Below are positions 18,957-28,525 of a stretch of DNA of 64,000 bases, one piece after another. The position numbers were made by a program, and so were the translations under genes. The notes under the pieces were generated by a model that did no database searches, was not told the origin of the DNA, and saw only the letters and a list, made by a program, of their open reading frames with translations. The stretch is taken from IMG/VR virus record IMGVR_UViG_3300045988_083460; one strand, given 5' to 3'. Origin of the DNA: a virus. Within the stretch, counting starts at the first letter, position 1. The number at the start of each line of letters is the position of its first letter.

Positions 18957-19154
18957 ATGAATTTTGTTGTTGGAGTTCTTAGTTTCTTTGAAAATGAAAT
19001 TAAGTTAGAGAAGATTACTGCTGAATCAGAAAAAGAAGCTCTAAAGAAACATTCTCTTTTGAATGGATATACCATTGATGAAGATGCTTCTTTAGAGAAG
19101 ATTTATGACGATTTGTTCAACTGCGATATAGCAGCGAGTGTAATTAAAATATAA
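18957..19154 (+). CDS. hypothetical protein
   Basis: 65-aa ORF, RBS AGGAG. Confidence 0.4.
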   Translation: MNFVVGVLSFFENEIKLEKITAESEKEALKKHSLLNGYTIDEDASLEKIYDDLFNCDIAASVIKI

Positions 19155-19295
19155 GTAAAATAAAGACGCATACAGCAAATTCTTCTTAATAGAAGATGCA
19201 GGTTCGAATCCTGTGGATCGCGCTTAGCGATTTTGGCGGAATGGTTTACGCAACTGTCTGATAAACAGTCTTTTCTTTAATGCGTCTTGATTTAT

Positions 19296-19369
19296 AGCGG
19301 ATTGGTGTAATGGTAACACGCGGGACTTTGACTCCCTTGTTAGAGGTTCGACCCCTCTATCCGCTGCCA
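19296..19369 (+). tRNA. tRNA-Gln (anticodon UUG)
   Basis: perfect acceptor AGCGGAT/ATCCGCT, anticodon loop CTTTGAC, G73-CCA. Confidence 0.7.
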
Positions 19370-19616
19370 TATACCGCTTTAGTGTAGCGGTCTGCACGCT
19401 TGGCTCTGAACCAAGAAGTTTTCGTTCAACACGAAGAAGCGGTGCCAGTAATAGAAGCAATACGTACAGAAATCGTAAATAAGACTTCTATTGTCAGGAT
19501 GTAGGATTGAAAGCGTCCACCATTTAAAGAGTGGCGAGTAAACCTGCAGGGCTCGCCTTTGGCGTAGTAGCACACTGACGAGGTTCTCGATTAACCTTAT
19601 CCAAAATCGTTTATAT

Positions 19617-19733
19617 GGGGAGTTAGCTCAGTTGGTAGAGCGCGTTATAGTTTGGTCTTGTTAAAGACCGTAACAGCAATCTTTAACTTGCTTTGGGTGC
19701 ACGATGTCGCAGGTTCGAGTCCTGCACTCCCCG
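19617..19733 (+). tRNA. tRNA-like gene with about 49-nt insertion in the anticodon/variable region; anticodon undetermined
   Basis: perfect acceptor GGGGAGT/ACTCCCC, canonical D-arm (GCTC-AGTTGGTA-GAGC) and T-arm (GCAGG-TTCGAGT-CCTGC) separated by 66 nt instead of about 22. Confidence 0.5.
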
Positions 19734-19818
19734 CCGAATACACCGGAGATACTTTCATCCTCCGGGGAAGAAGAAGAGAAAGGTGAGAAGCACAACTCAG
19801 CATAAAAATGTGCAATAT

Positions 19819-19905
19819 CCCGGAGTGGTGGAATTGGCAGACACAGGGGACTTAAAATCCCCTGAGAGCAATCTCGTACGGGTTCGAGTCCCGTCTCCGG
19901 GACCA
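19819..19905 (+). tRNA. tRNA-Leu (anticodon UAA), type II
   Basis: perfect acceptor CCCGGAG/CTCCGGG, anticodon arm AGGGGA-CTTAAAA-TCCCCT, long variable arm, A73-CCA. Confidence 0.8.
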
Positions 19906-19923
19906 AACAATTCTTTTATATAT

Positions 19924-20011
19924 GGGTCAGTAAAGTGCTAAAGTAGACACCCCGGTCTGTAAAACCGGTGCTTTCGAGCTCGAGTGGGTGCGATTCCCTC
20001 CTGGCCCACCA
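19924..20011 (+). tRNA. tRNA-Tyr (anticodon GUA), type II
   Basis: anticodon arm CCGGT-CTGTAAA-ACCGG; variable arm with GCT-TTCG-AGC hairpin; A73-CCA. Confidence 0.7.
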
Positions 20012-20040
20012 CATCTAACAATAGGAAAGGAAGTAAATAG

Positions 20041-21162
20041 ATGAATATTGTCCATACAGGAAATCGTTTTTAGGTATATGGTGACGATGTAAAAACTTAT
20101 AAAGAGTTACCAATCGGAACCTATACAATCGGTTTCCATCCCCAAATGGGAATTTGGCTTTCTGTTCATAATAATTTGCAGATTGGCGAAGAAAAAGTTT
20201 ATGGCTCGCATAGTCATAAGGTAGAGAAAGTTTTCAACTCTTTCGATAAGTCCGAGCGAAACTTTGGTATAATTCTTTCTGGTAAGAAAGGTATTGGCAA
20301 ATCTCTTTTTGCAAGAATGATTGCGGATGCCGCGATCAAGCGAGAAATGCCAGTGATTGTAGTCGATTCTCCTATTCCCGGAATTAGTAATTTCCTCAGT
20401 TCCATTGAACAAGAAGTTGTTATTATCTTTGACGAGTTTGAAAAGACTTTTGCCAGGAATGATGACGGCGATCCGCAGGTAGGACTTTTAAGTCTATTTG
20501 ATGGGATTGATAATGGAAAGAAACTTTTTGTTATCACTTGTAACGATACAAGAAAATTGAACGAATTTCTTATCAATCGCCCTGGTCGTTTTCACTATCA
20601 TTTTGAGATTGGCTGTCCTACAGCGGATGAAGTGCGGGCATATATGATGGATGCGCTTGGAAGCGGTATGGAAGAGGAAATTGAAAAGGTTGTTAAGTTG
20701 TCGCAGGTCGCGGACATTACTTATGATAGCCTAAGGGCTATTGCTTTTGATTTGAAACAAGGTTATCCTTTGGAGGAAACCTTAATGGATTTGAATATTA
20801 ACTATGAGAGAGGTGTTCTCTTTGATGTTAATGTTCGTTTGACTAATGGTTGGGTTATGACTGCATATAATTATAATCTCGATCTTTATGCCAAAGAGGT
20901 TCAGTGTCTTCGGTTTAAAAAAGATAAGAATGATTTCTACCTTTCTTTTGATCCAGGAAAGATTAAATCTATGGATGGTACTCTCGTACTTATGGGCGTA
21001 GATGCTAATTTCTATTGTGATTTTGATGCTTTCGATTATGATTACCCCACTGAGGAAGAGAGTGCAAAGGCTAGAAAGGAATTTAACGAAAAAGTAAGGG
21101 TTGAAAATGCAACCTTTACTAAGGTTTCAATTTATGGAGTCAATAAGTATATTGACCTTTAA
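20041..21162 (+). CDS. AAA+ family ATPase; in-frame TAG at 20074-20076
   Basis: Walker A GKKGIGKS, Walker B VIIFDEFEK, sensor-1 ITCN, arginine-finger region NRPGRFHYHF; RBS AGGAAAGGAAG before ATG 20041. Confidence 0.75.
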
Positions 21163-21201
21163 TATAAAGACCTAAGCAAGTCTTAAAACTGCTTTATATA
21201 T

Positions 21202-21277
21202 TGCGGGTAGGACAAGTGGTTAAGTCGCAGCCCTCATAAGGCTTGAGGAATGAGTTCGATTCTCATACCCGCAACCA
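21202..21277 (+). tRNA. tRNA-Met/Ile2 (anticodon CAU), second copy
   Basis: perfect acceptor TGCGGGT/ACCCGCA, anticodon loop CTCATAA, T-arm ATGAG-TTCGATT-CTCAT. Confidence 0.75.
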
Positions 21278-21361
21278 TCCATCGTTGCAGCGGTGTTTAT
21301 ATATATTTCATTTATAAATGCAATATGTATGATTGAGGTTCTGCAAAACCTTGATTACCCT

Positions 21362-21394
21362 AGAGGGGCTAGCCATAAGCTGGCCCCTCTTTTC
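21362..21394 (+). terminator. rho-independent terminator (GAGGGGC...GCCCCTC + TTTTCT)
   Basis: inverted repeat plus T-run; followed directly by the conserved 55-nt element. Confidence 0.65.
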
Positions 21395-21400
21395 TGTTGT

Positions 21401-21455
21401 CCTCGTTCTGCTCCGAGTTTCCGTTCGCGCAGGCCCACCAAATTTTTCTTTCAAA
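21401..21455 (+). repeat. 55-nt conserved element, copy 1 (CCTCGTTCTGCTCCGAGTTTCCGTTCGCGCAGGCCCACCAAATTTTTCTTTCAAAA)
   Basis: 53/55 identical to 47922..47976; both copies follow a terminator and precede TAG-rich operons. Confidence 0.8.
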
Positions 21456-21557
21456 AATGGGGCTTGGACAATTTATGTGAAATCTCTTGTCATTATTGTT
21501 ATATAGTATAAAGAGAGATAATTTTCTTCTCTACTTCTTTAAGAAAGGAGAATAAGT

Positions 21558-21813
21558 ATGATTACTATTGGTAAAAATATAGATAATAAAGTTTTTTATG
21601 GTACAGTTCATTTTTTATGTGATTACCAAAGTGATGTTGCTAATCTCCCTAAAAACCGCAAGCCGGGCAGTTCAGCCTACGTAATTGAAAATGGAAATAG
21701 ATATATTTTCAATTCTGATCATGAATGGGTGTTGTAGCACTCTGGTGGAGGCGGAGATTAGCCTCTTCCTCCAGAAGATACAACTATTATTTATGATGGC
21801 GGACTAATTGGCT
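21558..21813 (+). CDS. hypothetical small protein; 2 in-frame TAG
   Basis: RBS AAGGAG; frame open through TAG 21729 and 21756 to TAA. Confidence 0.45.
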
Positions 21814-21829
21814 AAAGGAGGGAGTGACT

Positions 21830-22390
21830 TTGGCTGAAGTTGTTTATAAAACAATATTTTAGTTCAAGCGAGGAACATCAGAGAAGTGGACCGAATTAAA
21901 TCCAATTCTTCGTCAAGGTGAGCCGGGATTTGAAATAGATACTGGAAAGTTAAAAATTGGAGATGGAGCCACCGAGTGGAAATAGTTAAAATATATAAAT
22001 AGTAGTTTGGTAAATGTTGATGTAGACAATCAATCTATTGTTATTGATGGAATTGGACAGATTTCATTAAAAGGATTTGCAGAAGCATCAACAGGGCAAT
22101 CTATTAGAAAAAGAGAAGATGGCACATTAGAGTGGTATACTCCAATATCTTAGGATAAAGTAATAGAAACTATCTCTATCGGAAATAAAGATTTGCCGGT
22201 TGAAGATAATAAAGTTACTATTCCGGCGGGAACAGAAGAAAATCTTGGTTTAATTAAGGGGAGTAGTTAGAATAATTAGATAAAAATACTTTCAGATGGA
22301 ACCGGAGAAATTAATTCTGTAGGACTTGATAAAATAGTGGATGTTGAAGGTTTTACTTTAATATTAAACTGTGGGACAGCAGTAGACTAA
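21830..22390 (+). CDS. tail-fibre protein A with conserved N-terminal fibre module; 6 in-frame TAG
   Basis: TTG start after AAAGGAGGGAG; motif NPILRQGEPGFEIDTGKLKIGDGATEW shared with genes at 22411, 24688, 26096; frame open to TAA 22388. Confidence 0.55.
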
Positions 22391-22410
22391 AATAAGGAGG
22401 CATTTTAAAG

Positions 22411-23472
22411 ATGGCCAATGAATTAAAAACTAGAATCCAACTTAGACATGATACCGAGGAAAATTGGACTTCAGTTAAGGACTCCTTTATTCCTCTCGTT
22501 GGAGAGGCTTGTCTTACCACCGATGGCGAGAATAAAGGAAAAGTAAAATATGGTGATGGAACAAGCACTTGGGGTTAGTTAGAATATTCTGGTGGAAAAG
22601 ATATTGTAGAAGTTGATTCATCTATTGTAAAATTTGATGATGATTTTACATTTACCTATACTTTTGGTAAATATGCTCCTGGAGGAGATGGATCTGTTAA
22701 TATTCCCGCGACTGGAAAAACATTAGATCAATTACTGCTAGATGCTTTTGCGGAAGAAAAAAATCCTACTATTACGCAACCTTCTGTTAGTATTTCCTCT
22801 AGTCAAATGAAAGCGTATGAAGCAGGCACTAATGTAACTCCAACTTATACTGCAACTTTAAATAAAGGATCTTATCAATACGGCCCAGACACTGGAATTA
22901 CAGCAACCGGTTGGAGCGTCCAATTTGATGAAGAAACAAAAACAGAAGCTACTGGAACTTTCTCTGAAATTCAAGTTGAAGATGCTACTAATTTAAAGAT
23001 TACAGCAACAGCTAATTATGGGAATGGAGCTATTCCTGTTACAAATCTTGGTTCTGAATATGTAGAAGGACAGATTAAAGCTGGATCTAAGTCTAATAGC
23101 ACAGGAGCTATTACTGGATATCGCTAGATTTTTTATGGAGTTAATAATTCTACAGATCCTTTAACTAGCGCGATTATTCGTTCTTTAACAGCAAGCAATA
23201 AAGCGGCAGCCGCAATGACTATTAATAGCATTAAAGCAAAAAGTGATACTAAGAGAATTATTATCGCAGTTCCTCAATCTTCTGGGCTTAAAGTTACCGC
23301 AGCTAATATTACTTCTAGTTTGAACGCAGATGTAACTTCTAGCTATGTAAAGCAAGGACCAGTGCAAGTAGAAGGAGCAAATGGATTTACCGCGGTTCCT
23401 TATGATGTATTCGTTTATCAACCTGCTTCCATTGATCCAACTGAGGATCATAAGGTTGTAATTGGAAAGTAA
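22411..23472 (+). CDS. tail-fibre / receptor-binding protein B; 2 in-frame TAG
   Basis: N-terminal RIQLRHDTEENW...KYGDGTSTW module; ORF-track fragments 22807..23127 and 23215..23472 lie in the same frame joined by TAG. Confidence 0.6.
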
Positions 23473-23489
23473 GGAAGGAGGAACAAATA

Positions 23490-24662
23490 ATGGCAGTAAT
23501 TAACAAAGATATTGCATATATGGCGTTACCTCTGAGTATTCGTAGAGGAAATCCTTTCCCTATTGATGAATATTCAGTATGGTATGATATGGAAGAATTA
23601 ACAACATATGCTCAATCTAGTCCTGTAGCATATGTTGGTTAGGTAGTTACCTTAGTTAATGAAAAAGAAAATACAGTTGAAGCGTATATGATTCAAAATG
23701 CTGCTGGCAATTTAATGAAATTGGCTTCAACTACTGCTTCTGGTGATTTAACGGAAGATGTTTTAGAGCTTCAAGGAAAAGTTTCCGCATTAGAAACCTC
23801 TGTTGGTACCAAAGAAGAAGAAAGTTCAATAACAGCTTCTAATCTTTGGGCAGCCATTGAGGAAGTTAAAGCAGCTTATGAAGCAGCTGATAGTTCTATT
23901 AATGGAAAATTTAATGATTATTATAATAAAACAGAAGCAGATTCTAAGATTGACCAAAAAATTGCTACTGCAATAAGTTCAACTTATAAACCTGCTGGTT
24001 CCATTATGTTTAGTTTCCTTCCTACACTTGGAGCTGATCAAGAGGGAAAAGTATATAATATTATAGATGCTTTCACCACTACTGAAGACTTCGTTGAAGG
24101 AGCCGATAATAAATATCCAGCTGGAACTAATGTAGTATGTATTGACACTGATGATGCTGGAACTTACAAATGGGATGTTCTCGCGGGATTTGTAGATTTA
24201 AGTGGATACGAAACTACAAGTAGTGTAGATACTAAGTTAGCTAATAAAGTCGACAAAGTAGAAGGATCATCTTTAGTTCAAGATATTCTAATTGCTAAAT
24301 TATAGGGTTTAGCAGAAATCAAAGGAGTTAGTGATGAATTAGAAATTGATCCTGATGATAAAACTCTTGGCGTAAAAGCGATTGCATAGGAGAAAATTAC
24401 TGGCCTTCCCGCGGCTTTAGCAGAGAAGATTAAGAGTATAACCGTAGGAACTACTCCTCTTTAGGTTAGCGATGGCGCAGTTACTATTCCTATTGCTACA
24501 GCAGAGGCTCTTGGTGTAGTAAAAAGCACCACTAGTGAAAACGGCGTTTCTATTACAGGCGATGGAACTATGATTGTCAATAACATAAATATAGAAAAAA
24601 TTACTTAGACTCCTGGTACAGAGCTTATCTTAAATGGTGGAGATGCTACTGTTAGTGAATAA
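23490..24662 (+). CDS. tail-fibre protein C; about 5 in-frame TAG
   Basis: same frame as ORF 23688..24305, extends through TAG codons to TAA 24660; C-terminal domain paralogous to gene D. Confidence 0.55.
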
Positions 24663-24687
24663 AAATCAACTTGGAGGAAGATAAATA

Positions 24688-26025
24688 ATGGCTACAACTT
24701 TTAATACAAGAATCCAATTAAAATATGATACTTATGAAAATTGGGATACCAATAACCCCGTTCTTCTAAAAGGAGAAATGGCGGTTGTTGAAGTTCCTGT
24801 TGAAACTGGAGTTGCTCAAAATGAGCCTACCTATTTGTTAAAAATCGGTGACGGTGAATCAGATTTTAAAACTTTAAAATGGGTAAGCGGGACGGCCGCA
24901 GATGTTTATACTTGGGCTAAAGCGGCAAGTAAACCAACTTATGCAGCGACTGAAATTACCGGACTTGAAGATTTTATTGGAGAAAAAATTCAAGATACCG
25001 ATACACAATATTAGATTGTTAAAAATGGAGATATGGGTTTTAAGCTTCAATCTAGACCAAAAACTGGCGGATCTTGGACAGATGTAAGCACTATTGCTCT
25101 GACCGCTCCCACTTATAATTTAGTCGAAGGGACTACTAATGGTACTGTAAAATTTGGAGTTACTGGTTCTGAAAAAGAAGTAAAAGTTCATGGACTTGGA
25201 TCAGCAGCTTATACTGAATCTGGTGCTTATGACGCAGCTGGTAGTGCAGATACAGCAAAAAGCGAAGCTATCGATGAAGCTGCTAATGCCACCGATGAAA
25301 AAATTGCAGCTCTAAAAATCAATGAATATGCAAAAACCACAGAAGTAGATTCTAAAATTGGGGCAGCAAAAACAGAGTTAATTGGTGAAGGAAGTGGTTC
25401 TTCCACTACTATTAAAGGTGCTTATGATGAAGCTAAAACCTATACTGATTAGCAAATTGCTGCTAGAATTTCCTCTACTTATAAAGCCGGAGGATCTATT
25501 GCGTTCGCTTCTCTACCAGAACTAACTGCAACAGAAGAAGGAAAGGTTTATAACATTCTTGATAAATTCACTACTACAGACGATTTCGTAGAAGGTTCCG
25601 GGAAGAGTTATCCTGCTGGTACTAATATTGTTTGTATAGATGTGGGAGAAGAAGAATTTAAATGGGATGTTTTAGCTGGAATGGTAGATCTTTCAGCGTA
25701 TGATACAGCAGAGATAACTCAGGGAAAAATTGATTCCGCTAAGCAAGAGGCCAAAAGCTATGCAGATTCTAAAGTTAACGCTTTAGATAAAGAAGATTCA
25801 GCCGTAGAAAATCAATTTGTAACTGCGGTGTCTGAGACTGATGGTATCATTAGCGTAACTCGTGCTCAACCTACCATGGAGAATATCAACGGGTTACCTG
25901 CGGCTCTTACTAAAAAAGCTAATGATGCAGACTTAGCATCTGTTGCTAAAAGTGGAAAGATTGATGATCTAACTCAGACCGCTACAATTATTTTTAATTG
26001 TGGAAGTTCTAGCACAGTAATATAA
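24688..26025 (+). CDS. tail-fibre protein D; 2 in-frame TAG
   Basis: N-terminal module TRIQLKYDTYENW...LKIGDGESDF; ORF fragments 24688..25014, 25033..25452, 25642..26025 share one frame. Confidence 0.6.
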
Positions 26026-26033
26026 AATTTTAG

Positions 26034-26073
26034 ATAAAGCCCATATTTATTTAATAAATATGGGCTTTATCTT
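26034..26073 (+). terminator. rho-independent terminator
   Basis: AAAGCCCATATTTATT...AATAAATATGGGCTTT hairpin + TCTTTTTATT. Confidence 0.7.
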
Positions 26074-26095
26074 TTTATTAAGGGAGGTCATAATA

Positions 26096-26293
26096 ATGAC
26101 TTTTGATACTAGAATCTCTCATAAGATAGATACAGAAGAAAATTGGAAAACAAATAATCCAATTTTATTAAAGGGAGAATTAATTATAGTAATTGATGAA
26201 TCTAATACAGTTCATCTTAAAATTGGAAATGGAACAAGTCATTATTCAGAATTACCATTTATTGAAAATGAAATTGTCTGGGGTACTTTCTAA
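26096..26293 (+). CDS. stand-alone copy of the tail-fibre N-terminal module (66 aa)
   Basis: TRISHKIDTEENWKTNNPILLKGE...LKIGNGTSHYSELPF; RBS AAGGGAGG. Confidence 0.5.
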   Translation: MTFDTRISHKIDTEENWKTNNPILLKGELIIVIDESNTVHLKIGNGTSHYSELPFIENEIVWGTF

Positions 26294-26378
26294 TTTGCAA
26301 AAAAATAAAAAATATAATATAATATATACATAAAGTTAAGGAAATAAAAACTTAAAATTATTAAAGGAGATTTAGATT

Positions 26379-26711
26379 ATGTATCCTATTGAGAAGTATC
26401 GCTATTATACTAACGGTCGGCGAGTAATCGCCGTGTCTACTTATGCTGGAAAGACTGTCCGCGGTGTAGCTACCTGTGATCCCGGTGATGAATTTTCTAT
26501 GGAAAAGGGTAAGGCACTTGCGGCCGCTCGATGCGCGTTGAAGATTGCTGGTAAGCGCTATGATCGTGCCACTCGTAAGACAAAGGAAGCTAATGAAGCT
26601 TGTCATGTGGCTGAGCGTCATCTTGAAAAGATGTGTGAGTATCTTACTGATTCTGAGCGGATGTTGATCCAGGCTGAGGATAATCTCGAGGATATTCTGA
26701 ACGCTCTTTGA
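26379..26711 (+). CDS. hypothetical protein
   Basis: 110-aa ORF, RBS AAAGGAG. Confidence 0.45.
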   Translation: MYPIEKYRYYTNGRRVIAVSTYAGKTVRGVATCDPGDEFSMEKGKALAAARCALKIAGKRYDRATRKTKEANEACHVAERHLEKMCEYLTDSERMLIQAEDNLEDILNAL

Positions 26712-26715
26712 TACC

Positions 26716-26742
26716 TGGGGCTTTATGCCCCTTTATGCCGGC
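26716..26742 (+). terminator. terminator hairpin GGGGC-TTTAT-GCCCC + TTTATG
   Basis: inverted repeat directly after stop codon. Confidence 0.5.
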
Positions 26743-26746
26743 GTGG

Positions 26747-26824
26747 TAGAGTGGTTTAATACAGCGGTCTTGAAAACCGCCGATCCGCAAGGGTCCGTAG
26801 GTTCGAATCCTACCGCCGGCGCCA
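26747..26824 (+). tRNA. tRNA-Ser (anticodon UGA), type II
   Basis: perfect acceptor GCCGGCG/CGCCGGC, anticodon arm GCGGT-CTTGAAA-ACCGC, long variable arm, G73-CCA. Confidence 0.8.
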
Positions 26825-27061
26825 TCTATAATTAAAGGAGAAATATAATGCGCTGGTTAGTGAATTATATTCGACAAATATTTTGTAAACACGATTTTGT
26901 TTTTGATGAAGGTTGGGCAGAAAAAACAAGTGATTCAGGATCTTTTCGCAAAGGGATAAAAGTTTCTTGCTATTGTAAGAAATGTTCTTATCATAAATCT
27001 TGGTGGAAGTATTGACAATAAAAAATTTTTTTGATATAATATTTATAGAAAGTTGAAAGAT

Positions 27062-27388
27062 ATGAAAAACTGTTTGGATTGTAATAAATGTTGGGTTGTA
27101 AAAGACCCCGATCCAAAAGACGATACTTGTTTAGCTGCTTTCTGTAGCAAGTCTAAAACAAGAGGCATGAAATGCAATGAAATTTCATACCTAATGCCTT
27201 TAGGATATAATTCTGCGTTTGCAGAAAGTCCTCTTCCTGATGACCCATGGATTACTGTTGCGGAACATTGGGGCACTCTTAGAGAAAAATGCACCGTTCC
27301 AGATTGGTGTCCGGGAATGGAAGAGAATGGAGAATACAGTTTGTTCACAGATAAAACATCGGTTGATATTATGAAAGAGCGACAATAA
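27062..27388 (+). CDS. Cys-rich hypothetical protein
   Basis: ORF after promoter (TGATATAAT) and leader. Confidence 0.45.
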   Translation: MKNCLDCNKCWVVKDPDPKDDTCLAAFCSKSKTRGMKCNEISYLMPLGYNSAFAESPLPDDPWITVAEHWGTLREKCTVPDWCPGMEENGEYSLFTDKTSVDIMKERQ

Positions 27389-27477
27389 CTAAAAGACGCT
27401 TTCAGCAATTTATTTTAAGAATATAAAAAAGTTTGATTTTTAATTTCTTGCCATGATTTTGCGTCTTGAGAATATAT

Positions 27478-27553
27478 TGCGGAGTAGCGTAATGGTTTAG
27501 CGCAGGGGTCTCTAAAACCTCGGGAGTGGGTTCGAATCCCACCTCCGCTGCCA
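27478..27553 (+). tRNA. amber suppressor tRNA (anticodon CUA), Gln-type
   Basis: anticodon arm GGGGT-CTCTAAA-ACCTC gives C34 U35 A36; weak 1-72 pair (U1/U72) and G73 resemble tRNA-Gln identity; T-arm GTGGG-TTCGAAT-CCCAC; CCA encoded. Confidence 0.75.
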
Positions 27554-27573
27554 TATTATAAGGAGGTATTCGT

Positions 27574-27888
27574 ATGAGTAGATCAAGAAAGAAAACTCCG
27601 TACAATACAGATACTTCCCAGAAATTCTTGAAGAAAGTCGCAAATAAGAGAGTTAGAAGGCTTCTAAAAAATCCTGATAATAGTTTACCTTATAGTTCAT
27701 ATAAGAAAGCCTTTCAATCATGGGATATTTGTGACTATAAAAATTACGGGCATAGCTTTGAAGAGTTCTATAAAGAAGAGGTCGCTCTGTGGAGACATTG
27801 GAGAACTCTTCCTTATTGGAAGAATGAACCAAAACCAACAAGGGAAGAATGTTGGTTAGATTACCTCAAACAGTATTTGCGAAAATAA
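27574..27888 (+). CDS. hypothetical basic protein
   Basis: ORF with RBS AAGGAGG directly after the suppressor tRNA. Confidence 0.5.
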   Translation: MSRSRKKTPYNTDTSQKFLKKVANKRVRRLLKNPDNSLPYSSYKKAFQSWDICDYKNYGHSFEEFYKEEVALWRHWRTLPYWKNEPKPTREECWLDYLKQYLRK

Positions 27889-28305
27889 GAAATTTTTGCA
27901 ATAACTTAAAAAATATTTTATAATATAAGTGTAAATCTTCCTTTCAAATATATAAATAAGGCTCATACAGCAAAATTTTATTGCCGAATATTCGGCTCCT
28001 TGGATGAATCAAATGTATGATATACCCTAAGTATGATGCGATATTGCGAGCCTTGCAATTAAAACAATAAAGTGTTAAAACGGGGCATCGCGCGGAAGAG
28101 CCATTATATAATGGACATAGGGCCATTCTTCCGCGCATTTTCTTTATCGGGGAGTTGGCAATTTATGTGGCAAAATAATATTGAATTTTTAGATGTACTT
28201 ACAATGATTTCTTTTATTCTTCAGGTATAGAACTCAGAAGGTTGTAAACTAGATGAAGTAAATAAAAAGTTGGATGTTTTAATTGCTGAGGTTGCTAAAT
28301 TAAAT

Positions 28306-28382
28306 GCTCGAGTGGGCTAATTGGTATAGCCGTCAAGCTCAAACCTTGATGTTTGTGAGTTCGAGTCTCACCTCGAGTACCA
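28306..28382 (+). tRNA. type-I tRNA with anticodon CAA (Leu, UUG), A73
   Basis: acceptor GCTCGAG/CTCGAGT, D-arm GGCT..AGCC, anticodon arm TCAAG-CTCAAAC-CTTGA, T-arm GTGAG-TTCGAGT-CTCAC. Confidence 0.6.
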
Positions 28383-28525
28383 AAAGCCTCAGAATCGTGT
28401 AGATTCATGCCTCTTTTTTTATTATAGCTAAAAAAATGCAAACCTAATTGGGCTATAACCAATTAGCTAAAGAGTTAGGGGTTTTCTTTAGGGTAGAGCC
28501 ACCGCCTTAGATCGTGGCATTATAT

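Noticed and set aside
19235-19262. Anticodon-arm-like hairpin GACTGT-CTGATAA-ACAGTC considered as a tRNA fragment
   Set aside because: It is followed directly by TTTTCTTT and is not flanked by D- or T-arms. It is better explained as an intrinsic terminator for the orphan T-arm transcript.
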